Positions 24,321 to 32,000 of a stretch of DNA of 32,000 bases are shown in pieces (the stretch's first letter is position 1; each line of letters opens with the position of its first letter). The position numbers and the translations under genes were made by a program. The DNA comes from an uncultured Opitutales bacterium. GTDB taxonomy: Bacteria; Verrucomicrobiota; Verrucomicrobiia; Opitutales; Intestinicryptomonadaceae. Location of the stretch: the NCBI GenBank assembly GCA_934660865.1, contig CAKUIA010000010.1, positions 16,286-48,285 on the forward strand. Reading direction: 5' to 3'. Under the pieces are notes generated by a model. The model was not told the DNA's origin. It was given only the letters and a program-made list of their open reading frames with translations, and ran no database searches.

Positions 24321-25595
24321 TTATACTTGCCCTTTTTGCGCGATTTTCAAACTTAAAAGCTCTTCGTCGAAACATTTTCCGCGGTGCGCGTAGCCGTCGA
24401 ACATTCCGAAGCTTGAAAAGGCCGGGCTAAACAGCACATAGTCTCCGCTTTTTGCCGCGCGGTAGGCTTCGCATACGGCTTCTTTAAGCGTTGCGCAAGT
24501 TTTTGCGTTGCAGTGTCTTTCGGTAAACATTGGCTCCAGCAAAGCCGCGCTTTGGCCTATCAAAAATACGCATTTGCAATTTTCGGCAACGGTATCCGCC
24601 AAATCGCTTAAGTCGCACTTTTTGTTTTTGCCGCCGCCTATCCATATAATAGGCTTTCCCTTAAGGGCGTTTATTGCCGCTATTGTAGAGTGCGCGTTTG
24701 TGCCTTTCGAGTCGTTTATAAATGTTATGCCGTTTATTGTTCCGCTTGTGGCAAAGCGGTATTTTGCAAGGGAAAATGTTTGGGCCGCCTTTTTCAAAAT
24801 TTCTTCGCCGAGCCCCAGTTTTTTAAAAAGAGCTTTTGCCAGACAGTAGTTTTCGCTTTGTATATTGTTGTCGAAGGGCTTTGGGCAACCGCTTTGCCTT
24901 TGCACAATTTCGGCAAAGTCGGGCAGGGCAACGCCGTATTTTTGGGCATAGTCGGCAACGCTTTGCCCCGCAATAAACACGGGCTTTTTAAGCATTTTTA
25001 CAAGGCCGAATTTTGCGTCGAAATATTCGCGCATATCGGTGTGCCAATCCAAATGGTCTTGGTCGAAATTTGTCCAAACATAGGCTACTGGCGACATATA
25101 TTTTACGCCCATAAGCTGGAATGAACTTAGCTCGCAAACTGCGGTGCAGTTTACCCCGCCGCTTTTCTCGACGCAAAATTTCGAAAGCGGAATGCCTATG
25201 TTGCCCGCGGCAACCGCGTTAATGCCCGCTTCGTTTAGGGCTTTGGCCAAAAACGATGTTGTTGTGGTTTTGCCGTTTGTGCCCGAAATTGCAATTATGT
25301 CGCCTTGCCATGCAAGCGAGGCCAAATCGGGTTCGCATAAAAGCGTTGAACCGTTTTTTCGCGCAAGCTCAACCCACTTGTGGTCGGGGCGAAATGCGGG
25401 CGAATATACCACAAGGCTGTGTTTTTTTGCGGCGCTTTCGTCGAAAAGCGGGCAGTTGTCGGCCGCGTTTTCGGAATATAAAACCGAGCCTATGCCGAGG
25501 CTGTCGAGCAGGCCTTTTGCGCACAGCGCGCTAACGCCCTTGCCGAATATAGCGGCGGGTTTGTTGTTGCAAAGCTCTTTGATTTTGTCGCTCAT
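24321..25595 (-). CDS. murD: UDP-N-acetylmuramoyl-L-alanine--D-glutamate ligase
   Basis: P-loop 'IAISGTNGKTTTTSF', 'NIGIPLS', 'INDSKGTN'. ATGA overlap with mraY. Confidence 0.92.
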   Translation of the reverse strand: MSDKIKELCNNKPAAIFGKGVSALCAKGLLDSLGIGSVLYSENAADNCPLFDESAAKKHSLVVYSPAFRPDHKWVELARKNGSTLLCEPDLASLAWQGDIIAISGTNGKTTTTSFLAKALNEAGINAVAAGNIGIPLSKFCVEKSGGVNCTAVCELSSFQLMGVKYMSPVAYVWTNFDQDHLDWHTDMREYFDAKFGLVKMLKKPVFIAGQSVADYAQKYGVALPDFAEIVQRQSGCPKPFDNNIQSENYCLAKALFKKLGLGEEILKKAAQTFSLAKYRFATSGTINGITFINDSKGTNAHSTIAAINALKGKPIIWIGGGKNKKCDLSDLADTVAENCKCVFLIGQSAALLEPMFTERHCNAKTCATLKEAVCEAYRAAKSGDYVLFSPAFSSFGMFDGYAHRGKCFDEELLSLKIAQKGQV

Positions 25596-26695
25596 CTAAA
25601 CTTTAGTGTTGCAATTCCCATAAGGGCGAACGCAAGCGAAATTATCCAAAACCTTATTACAACCTGCGTTTCCTTCCAGCCGCCGTATTCGAAATGGTGG
25701 TGTATGGGAGTGCACCTGAAAATTCTCTTGCCGCATAGCTTGTACGACGAAACCTGCATTATAACCGACACGGTTTCCATTACAAAAACTCCGCCTACAA
25801 TTACAAGCGTCAGCGGTTGTGCGGTTAAAATTGCCATTGTGCCTATCAGCCCGCCCAGCGCCAGCGAGCCGGTGTCGCCCATAAATACCGAGGCCGGATA
25901 CGCATTGTGCCACAAAAACGCCATGCTGGCCCCCACTAGGGCGGCGCACACAACGCACAGTTCGCCGCAGCCGTTTATTGCGGGCAAAAACAGGTAGTTT
26001 GCCGCAATGGCATTGCCCGCAACATAGGCGAACACGCCGTAGGCCAGCGTAGACGAAATCGTGCAGCCTATGGCCAGGCCGTCTACGCCGTCGGTAAGGT
26101 TGATTGCGTTGCTTGCCCCCGAAATTACCAAAAAGAAAAACGCGCACAAAGCCCAAACGGGCATGCCGCTTATTATCGGGCCTTTTACAAACGGCGCATA
26201 CAAATCTCTTATAACGCCCTCGTACTGGCTGTTTACCAAAACAAATACGCATGCAAGCGACACTGCAAGCTGTACCAATAGCTTTACTTTGCCGTGAACG
26301 CCCTCGCTGCTTTTCCTTTTTATTTTTAGGTAGTCGTCGGCAAAGCCCAAAATTGTGAACGAAACATACACAAAAAGCGAAACCAAAACAAGGGTGTTTA
26401 GCTGCGCCCACAGCAACGCCGAAACGGTAAGGGCAAAAAATATTATAATGCCGCCCATTGTGGGCGTTCCCTTTTTTGCGGCGTGCAGCTCGGCAAGTTT
26501 GCCAACCTGCTCCTTTGTTCTGAAAGCCTGCCCGAACTTTATTTTGTGCAGAATGTTTATTGCATACGGCGCTATGAGAAAACCGATGAACGCCGCAAAG
26601 CAAAACGCCATAAGGCACCTAAACGACAAGTATCTAAAAAGCCTTAACGGGCCGAAAAAGTTTTCGTAGTCAGCCAAATAGTATAACATAGCCAA
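25592..26695 (-). CDS. mraY: Phospho-N-acetylmuramoyl-pentapeptide transferase
   Basis: 'KKGTPTMGGIIIF', 'GFADDYLKIKRK', 'AINLTDGVDGLA', 'FMGDTGSLALGG', 'PIHHHFE'. Confidence 0.95.
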   Translation of the reverse strand: MAMLYYLADYENFFGPLRLFRYLSFRCLMAFCFAAFIGFLIAPYAINILHKIKFGQAFRTKEQVGKLAELHAAKKGTPTMGGIIIFFALTVSALLWAQLNTLVLVSLFVYVSFTILGFADDYLKIKRKSSEGVHGKVKLLVQLAVSLACVFVLVNSQYEGVIRDLYAPFVKGPIISGMPVWALCAFFFLVISGASNAINLTDGVDGLAIGCTISSTLAYGVFAYVAGNAIAANYLFLPAINGCGELCVVCAALVGASMAFLWHNAYPASVFMGDTGSLALGGLIGTMAILTAQPLTLVIVGGVFVMETVSVIMQVSSYKLCGKRIFRCTPIHHHFEYGGWKETQVVIRFWIISLAFALMGIATLKFR

Positions 26696-26701
26696 ATTCC
26701 G

Positions 26702-28312
26702 TTAAAATCTTTCGATATCCTTGTCTATTTGCATGTCTTCGCTTTCGTCGTCGAAATCGTCGTCGTCGCAAAAATGGTGCTCCTCGCTTTCGTCGTCGCT
26801 TTCGTCGATACTGTCTAAAAGGCTTTGCGCATGTGGGTGTTCGCCGTCGTTTTCGGGCAGAACGGGCTGCGCGCTTTCGCTTTCTGGCTTTTCATCGCCG
26901 GCCGCTTCTTCGGCTTTGGGGGCGCCGCCGTTTATTGCGTTTACAACGCTGTCGGGCAGGGCGTTTTCTAGGGCGTATTTGCGGCTGCCTTTTAGGAACA
27001 CAAAGCCCGATGCGTTCTCCAGCAGGGGTTTTACCTCTTGTGCCGATTCGCAAACGGTTATTTCGCTTTCGTTCCAGCCGTTTTCAAGCATGGCGTCTTT
27101 GTATATGTTTGCGCTTTCGCCGACCAATATTGCCCTGTCGTTTTCGCGGTGCTGTATGTGGTTTGCAATTTCCCTATGGTAGCTTAGGGTGGAAATTCCA
27201 AGTTCGGCCATCGAGCCCAAAACAAATGTCCTTTGCGGGGCGCCTTTCGATTTCAGCTCGAAAAACTCCAGAGAGTCCTTCATCGAAGTCGGGTTTGCGT
27301 TGTAGCAGTCTATGAAATATTCGGCGTTTTCGGTGTTTGCAAACAGGTTTCTGTAGCCTACGTTTTCGGTATTTTCTATGCCCGTGTATATAAGCTCTTC
27401 CTTGCAACCCAGCATAAGCGAAACGATTATGGCCAAAACCGCGTCTTCGGCGTTGCCCCTGCTCATAAGCGGGGTTTCGAACGAATATTCGTTGCCGCCT
27501 TCAAGGTAGATTTCTATCGAGCACTTGTCGGGCATATAGCCTATTTGGTATCTGAACACCAAGTCGGCCTTTGTTTCGGGGGCGTCCATGGGCAGGGCTA
27601 TGGCCTTTTTGCATTTAAGTTCGTCGAAAGACTTCCACGAAAGCAGGCTTGCGGGCATAACGCAGTAGCCGCCCTCGGCGCAGTGTTCGGCAAGCTTTGC
27701 CTTTTCCTTTGCAATCTGTTTTATTTCGCCAAAGCCTGCCAAATGCGACGCCGCAACATTGGTTATAACCGCAATGTCGGGCTCTATCATCGAGGCTAAA
27801 ACGTCCATTTCGCCCGGGTGCGAAACACCCGCTTCGATAACCGCCAAATTGTTGCTTTTGCAGTCGGCTTTAAGCAGGCTTAGGGCCACGCCCAGCTGGT
27901 TGTTCAGGTTTTTTTCGGAATAGCAGGGGCTGCGCCATGCAAGGATTTTCGCCAACAATTCTTTTGTGAAGGTTTTGCCGCACGAGCCCGTTACGCCCAC
28001 TACGGGGTAGTCGAGCCTAAGCCTGTGCATTTTTGCAACGGTTTGCAACGCCTTTAAGGTGTCGGCAACCTGCAATACGGGAATTTCTATGCCGTCTAGC
28101 TCTTTCGAAGCTATTATTGCGCTAGCTCCCAATTCCTGCGCCGTTTTTGCAAATTCGTGCCCGTCGCGTTCCCCTACAAGACACACAAAGGCGTCGCCTT
28201 TTTCCAGCGTGCGCGTGTCGGTGGAAAACTTGTTAATAGTTATGTCCTTAGACAGCTGTTTCCATTCGCCGCCCGTCCATATTTTCAAGTCGTTAGATTT
28301 AAAGAATGGCAT
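26702..28312 (-). CDS. murF: UDP-N-acetylmuramoyl-tripeptide--D-alanyl-D-alanine ligase with a roughly 75-aa acidic C-terminal extension
   Basis: 'VVGVTGSCGKTFTKE', 'AVIEAGVSHPGEM', 'FIDCYNANPTSM', 'VLGSMAELG', 'FLKGSRKYALE'. The tail is 'GGAPKAEEAAGDEKPESES...DESDDESEEHHFCDDDDFDDESEDMQIDKDIERF'. Confidence 0.9.
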   Translation of the reverse strand: MPFFKSNDLKIWTGGEWKQLSKDITINKFSTDTRTLEKGDAFVCLVGERDGHEFAKTAQELGASAIIASKELDGIEIPVLQVADTLKALQTVAKMHRLRLDYPVVGVTGSCGKTFTKELLAKILAWRSPCYSEKNLNNQLGVALSLLKADCKSNNLAVIEAGVSHPGEMDVLASMIEPDIAVITNVAASHLAGFGEIKQIAKEKAKLAEHCAEGGYCVMPASLLSWKSFDELKCKKAIALPMDAPETKADLVFRYQIGYMPDKCSIEIYLEGGNEYSFETPLMSRGNAEDAVLAIIVSLMLGCKEELIYTGIENTENVGYRNLFANTENAEYFIDCYNANPTSMKDSLEFFELKSKGAPQRTFVLGSMAELGISTLSYHREIANHIQHRENDRAILVGESANIYKDAMLENGWNESEITVCESAQEVKPLLENASGFVFLKGSRKYALENALPDSVVNAINGGAPKAEEAAGDEKPESESAQPVLPENDGEHPHAQSLLDSIDESDDESEEHHFCDDDDFDDESEDMQIDKDIERF

Positions 28313-28332
28313 TTTTACCCTGTATTTTAAAT

Positions 28333-29901
28333 TTATATCAATTCCCTTAAAGAGAGCAGCTCTTCGGCAACTTTTTTGTCGTCGAAGGGTATTATGGTGT
28401 CTTTAAGCTCCTGGAAAGTTTCGTGGCCCTTGCCCGCAATGAGAATGCAGTCGCCTTCCCTTGCCTGCGAAATGGCCATATTTATGGCCCTGCGGCGGTT
28501 TTCTACAAACTCTATTTTTGAATCGTCTACAACGCCCGTTTTCATGTCGGCAAAAATCTGGGCAATGTCTTCGCCGCGCGGGTTGTCGGAGGTTGCCCAT
28601 GCAAAGTCGGCGTATTTTTGAACGGCTGCCACCATTTTGGGGCGCTTTGTCCTGTCGCGCTTGCCGCCGCAGCCGAATACCACCAAAAGCCTTTTCTTTG
28701 TAACGCTTTTTAGCATCGAAAGGCCGTTTTTAAGGGCGTCGTCGGTATGGGCGTAGTCTATGAAAATGTCGAAGGGCGCGTTGCTTTTTACGCGCTCCAT
28801 TCTGCCGGGAACCCCCTTAAAATCGGCAAGGGTTTGTGCGGCTTTTGCAATGTCAATATCTTGTGAATAAAGCGCCGACAAAGCCGTAAGCACGTTCAAA
28901 ACATTGTAGTGCCCAGGCATGGAAATCCTCAAATTTTTTACGGTGCCTTCGGGATATACCAAGTCGAAGGTTGCGCTTTGCGAATCCATCTTAAGGTTTT
29001 CGGCGCGGATAACGGCGTCTTTGTTGTTTATGGCAAAGCTTACAAGGCGCACCGATTTGTCCAGATTTTTCGCCAAATACGCGCCTTTTTCGTCGTCGAT
29101 ATTTATTGCGGCGCTTTTCGGCATTTTGCAAACCGAACCTTTAAAGAGCAATTCCTTGCATTTAAAATATTCGTCCATAGTCTTGTGGTAGTCGATATGG
29201 TCTTGGGTTAGGTTTGTAAAGCACGCGCAGTCTACCGAAAGCCCCTTAACGCGCGACTGCTCAAGCGAGTGCGAGCTTATTTCTATTGCCAGCGACTTGC
29301 ACGAAGCGTGCCGCATTTGGTAGAGCATTGCGTATAGTTCCAGCGAATCGGGCGTTGTTCTGCCCGCGGGAATGCAGCGGCCGCCCAAGTCGTATTGAAT
29401 TGTGCCTATCATGCCGCATTTTTGTCCGAGGCGGTCGAGCATGTGCTTTATAAGCCAGCTTACGCTTGTTTTGCCGTTGGTTCCTGTGACCGCAAAGGTT
29501 TTAAGGCTTTCGTCGGGGTTTTCGTAGAATGCCTTTGCAGCCCACGCCTTGGCAAACGCCATATTTTTCACCTGTATCCAGGTGGTAGGGCAAATTTTAG
29601 GGGCTTCGTTTTCGGAAACAACGGCCACGGCCCCCCTGTGTATTGCGTCGCCTACAAACTGGTTGCCGTCGCAGTTAAAGCCCTTAACGGCAAAGAAAAC
29701 CGAGCCTTCGGTTATTCTTCTGGAATCGGCCAAAAGGGTTTTTACGGGAAGCGATTTGTCGTTTGTAACTTTTAAAGCCCCCACGCTTTTTGCCAAATCG
29801 CTTGTTGTAAAAACAATAGACGGGCCTTTTTGCTCGGCAAAGGAAAGTCTTTTGCCGCTAAGGCATATCAGGTTTGCAAGATTTAAAAAAGTATTGTTCA
29901 T
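28333..29901 (-). CDS. murE: UDP-N-acetylmuramoyl-L-alanyl-D-glutamate--2,6-diaminopimelate ligase
   Basis: P-loop 'FAVTGTNGKTSVSW', 'IEISSHSL', 'DYAHTDDAL', and 'TSDNPRGED' (a DNPR motif, associated with meso-DAP specificity). ATGA overlap with ftsI. Confidence 0.92.
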   Translation of the reverse strand: MNNTFLNLANLICLSGKRLSFAEQKGPSIVFTTSDLAKSVGALKVTNDKSLPVKTLLADSRRITEGSVFFAVKGFNCDGNQFVGDAIHRGAVAVVSENEAPKICPTTWIQVKNMAFAKAWAAKAFYENPDESLKTFAVTGTNGKTSVSWLIKHMLDRLGQKCGMIGTIQYDLGGRCIPAGRTTPDSLELYAMLYQMRHASCKSLAIEISSHSLEQSRVKGLSVDCACFTNLTQDHIDYHKTMDEYFKCKELLFKGSVCKMPKSAAINIDDEKGAYLAKNLDKSVRLVSFAINNKDAVIRAENLKMDSQSATFDLVYPEGTVKNLRISMPGHYNVLNVLTALSALYSQDIDIAKAAQTLADFKGVPGRMERVKSNAPFDIFIDYAHTDDALKNGLSMLKSVTKKRLLVVFGCGGKRDRTKRPKMVAAVQKYADFAWATSDNPRGEDIAQIFADMKTGVVDDSKIEFVENRRRAINMAISQAREGDCILIAGKGHETFQELKDTIIPFDDKKVAEELLSLRELI

Positions 29902-31670
29902 TTCGAAAATTTCCAGGCGACGCCCTTTGCGGCTTCCTCGTCGTTTTGTATGCCGAGATAGCTTGCCGCGGTTTTTGCCAAACTACTGAATGCGGGAGCC
30001 GCCGACACGCCGCCGTAGCCGCTGCCGGGTTTGCCCCTCGGGTTGTCTATGATTACCGTTATTACAAGTCTGGGTCTTTGCGCGGGGAAAAACCCCGTAA
30101 ACGACGCAACGTGCTGTGTAGACACATAGCGGCCGTTTACAATCTTTTGCGCCGTGCCCGTTTTGCCCGCAACTTTAAAGCCGTCTACGGCGGCTCTTGT
30201 GGCCGTTCCGCCTTTTTCGGTAACGCCCACAAGCATGTCGCTCATAAGGGCGGCGGTTTTGGGCGAAACAACCCTGCGCATGGCTTTGGGCGAAAATACA
30301 ATGCTTGCCCCGTCGCTTTTCGAGCTGACCTTTTTTATCACCTGCGGCTTCATATACAGGCCGCCGTTTGCAATAACGCTCATTGCGCAGTGTATCTGCA
30401 GCGGCGTTGCGTCTATCGCGTGCCCCATCGGAAGCCTTGTAATTGTAAGGCCGTCCCAGTCTTTTACCTTGTGCAAAATGCCGCTAACTTCGCCGGCGAG
30501 GCCTATGCCCGTCTTTTCGCCGTAGCCGAATTCTTTTGCGTATTCGTACAGCTTGTTTTCGCCTATTAAAATGCCTATTTGCGCCGAGCCGCGGTTGCTG
30601 CTTTTCTTTATTATGTCGCGCACCGAAAGCTTTTCGTAAACGTGGGTGTCTTTGGGCAGCTTTAAAATTCTGTTCTTGTAGGTTGCAGTGGAGTTTTTGC
30701 AGTCGAAAACGTCGTCGGCGCTGACAAAGGCTTCGTTTAGGGCGGCCGAAACGGGAACTATCTTGAATGTAGAGCCCGGCTCCAGCCTGTCGGAAATTGC
30801 GCGGTTGCGCAAGTTTGCCATCGGGAATTTGTTGTATGAATTCGGGTCGAAATTCGGGTAGTTTACCATCGACAATATAAAGCCCGAAGTGTCGCTTATT
30901 ATTATGCTTGCCCCGTCGGGATTGAAGTTGGAGACAATCTTGCGCATTTCCTGGTGGGCGGCCTCCTGCAAAATAATGTCTATGCTGGTTTCCACGTTCA
31001 TTCCGTCGACGGCGTCCTGCTCGCGCCCCCTAAACTGCGCCATTTCCCTGCGGCGGCCGTCGAATTCTATTTCCTTCCAGCCGTCCTGGCCCCTAAGGTA
31101 GTAGTCCGACATTTTTTCCACGCCGAATTCGGGAACGGCCTCGGCGTTCACAAAGCCTATTATGTGCGATGTCAAAGCCCCCGCAGGATACATTCTCTTG
31201 TATTTCCTTACGCCGTAAATGCCCTTAAAGTTCAGGTCTTTAATGCGCGAGTATGTGCCTTCGTCGAGCTGGTCGGCCATTTTGCGCCACCTTTTTTGGC
31301 GCACGGCGCCGTCCTGCGTTTTGTAGGTGGTTTTTTTGCAAAGCTCCCTTATTTGGGCGGTTGTTGTTCCCAAAATTTCGGCAAGCTTGCCGAATTTTTG
31401 CTCGTCTTTTTCTGTTATGCTTACGGGGTCGCAGCCCAGCTCGATGTAGGGGGCGGTAGTCGCCAAAATGTTCCCGCGCGAGTCTAAGATGTCGCCGCGG
31501 CGCGCGTCTATTTTAATTGTGCGGTTGCGGGTTTCCTCTATGGCCTTTACGCAGTACGAGCGCTTGAAAATGTGCAGCCTGCACAGGTTTGCGCCCACGC
31601 CCAAAAAGCCGGCCGCAACAAAAACGGTAAGTAGTGTAATTCTAAGCCTGTCTATAAACGAACGGTTCAT
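29898..31670 (-). CDS. ftsI: Class B penicillin-binding protein / peptidoglycan D,D-transpeptidase FtsI (PBP3)
   Basis: N-terminal TM anchor. Transpeptidase motifs SxxK 'GSTFK', SxN 'KSSNRG', KTG 'AGKTGTA'. Position is between the ftsL-like gene and murE. Confidence 0.92.
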   Translation of the reverse strand: MNRSFIDRLRITLLTVFVAAGFLGVGANLCRLHIFKRSYCVKAIEETRNRTIKIDARRGDILDSRGNILATTAPYIELGCDPVSITEKDEQKFGKLAEILGTTTAQIRELCKKTTYKTQDGAVRQKRWRKMADQLDEGTYSRIKDLNFKGIYGVRKYKRMYPAGALTSHIIGFVNAEAVPEFGVEKMSDYYLRGQDGWKEIEFDGRRREMAQFRGREQDAVDGMNVETSIDIILQEAAHQEMRKIVSNFNPDGASIIISDTSGFILSMVNYPNFDPNSYNKFPMANLRNRAISDRLEPGSTFKIVPVSAALNEAFVSADDVFDCKNSTATYKNRILKLPKDTHVYEKLSVRDIIKKSSNRGSAQIGILIGENKLYEYAKEFGYGEKTGIGLAGEVSGILHKVKDWDGLTITRLPMGHAIDATPLQIHCAMSVIANGGLYMKPQVIKKVSSKSDGASIVFSPKAMRRVVSPKTAALMSDMLVGVTEKGGTATRAAVDGFKVAGKTGTAQKIVNGRYVSTQHVASFTGFFPAQRPRLVITVIIDNPRGKPGSGYGGVSAAPAFSSLAKTAASYLGIQNDEEAAKGVAWKFSK

Positions 31671-32000
31671 TTGCTTGCGGTTTTATATGTTCCCAGTTTT
31701 GCGGGCGCCCTAAAGCTTAGCACCAGTTTTTCGCGCGTAGACGCCTCTACGCGGCCGCCTTCAAAATTGTCGTACGAAGCCCAAACGACCATTTTGTCGG
31801 ATATGGGTTCGAGGTTGGCGGCGGCTCTTAGTTTTAAAATGTGGGGGTTTTCCTCGTTGGCTATTTTTACCTTTAAATCGCTGTTGGCTATGTGCAGTTT
31901 GTCCACCTTTTTTTCGAGGCTTTTAATGCTGTCGGCCAAGTCGGCTTGCAGGTTTCTTTCGAAGCTTAAAAAGAACGCGCCGAACGACATCGAGCAAATG
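31667..32000 (-). CDS. ftsL: FtsL-like small bitopic division protein, probably truncated at the window edge
   Basis: ATGA overlap with the ftsI start. Coiled-coil-like 'LADSIKSLEKKVDKLHIANSDLKVKIANEENP' follows a hydrophobic stretch. The frame stays open upstream of the ATG at 31990 to the window end (..ICS-MSFGAFFLSF), so the TM helix and true start may lie beyond 32000. The call rests on position and architecture, not on strong sequence motifs. Confidence 0.5.
   Translation of the reverse strand, partial: ICSMSFGAFFLSFERNLQADLADSIKSLEKKVDKLHIANSDLKVKIANEENPHILKLRAAANLEPISDKMVVWASYDNFEGGRVEASTREKLVLSFRAPAKLGTYKTASK

Noticed and set aside
25596-26618. A 340-aa ORF on the same strand as mraY but in another frame.
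   Set aside because: It is extremely Arg/Cys/Gly-rich with no motifs and lies entirely within mraY, whose frame carries every MraY signature. It is a frame artefact.
1-32000. A whole-window scan for CRISPR repeats, tRNA or rRNA genes, IS elements, integrases, toxin-antitoxin pairs or known defence-system genes.
   Set aside because: Intergenic space is minimal; the largest gaps are 141, 91 and 72 bp. No spaced direct repeats, cloverleaf-sized gaps or recombinase or nuclease-type ORFs were seen. Every ORF over 90 aa that is not an overlap artefact has a housekeeping assignment.

Overview
This window reads as core housekeeping genome from a diderm, LPS-making bacterium of about 50% GC. Genes are tightly packed, often with ATGA or TAATG stop/start overlaps, and few starts have a clear Shine-Dalgarno. 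I saw no tRNA or rRNA genes, CRISPR arrays, transposases, integrases or recognisable defence genes, and I cannot assign taxonomy by eye.

Layout:
- Plus strand, 97-9340: exbB-exbD-tonB-TPR, then folP-folB-folK, rsmI, a Ppx/GppA-family phosphatase, obg, a fused lpxC/fabZ and lpxA. The run ends at a bidirectional hairpin terminator.
- Minus strand, 9432-12576: a GtrB/ArnC-like GT2 glycosyltransferase with sixA, a terminator, and a GAF-AAA+-HTH sigma-54-type activator.
- Plus strand, 12718-14220: a divergently placed polytopic transporter.
- Minus strand, 14228-32000: a complete dcw (division/cell wall) cluster in the order ftsL(partial)-ftsI-murE-murF-mraY-murD-[LysM lipoprotein]-ftsW-murG-murC-ddl-ftsQ-ftsA-ftsZ-like, followed by a Dabb-domain gene and cca.

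The most unusual feature is the gene in the ftsZ slot. It encodes only about 250 aa: an FtsZ N-terminal domain with a degenerate tubulin signature (FGGDKSA instead of GGGTGTG), no T7 loop and no C-terminal subdomain, yet a well-conserved FtsA-binding tail (DLDIPTYLRR).

Lesser oddities:
- a triple-LysM lipoprotein inserted inside the dcw cluster;
- a 75-aa polyacidic tail on MurF;
- an activator carrying GAFEGA in place of the sigma-54-contacting GAFTGA motif.

I found no novel multi-gene system. All calls rest on motifs read from the supplied translations; no searches were run.
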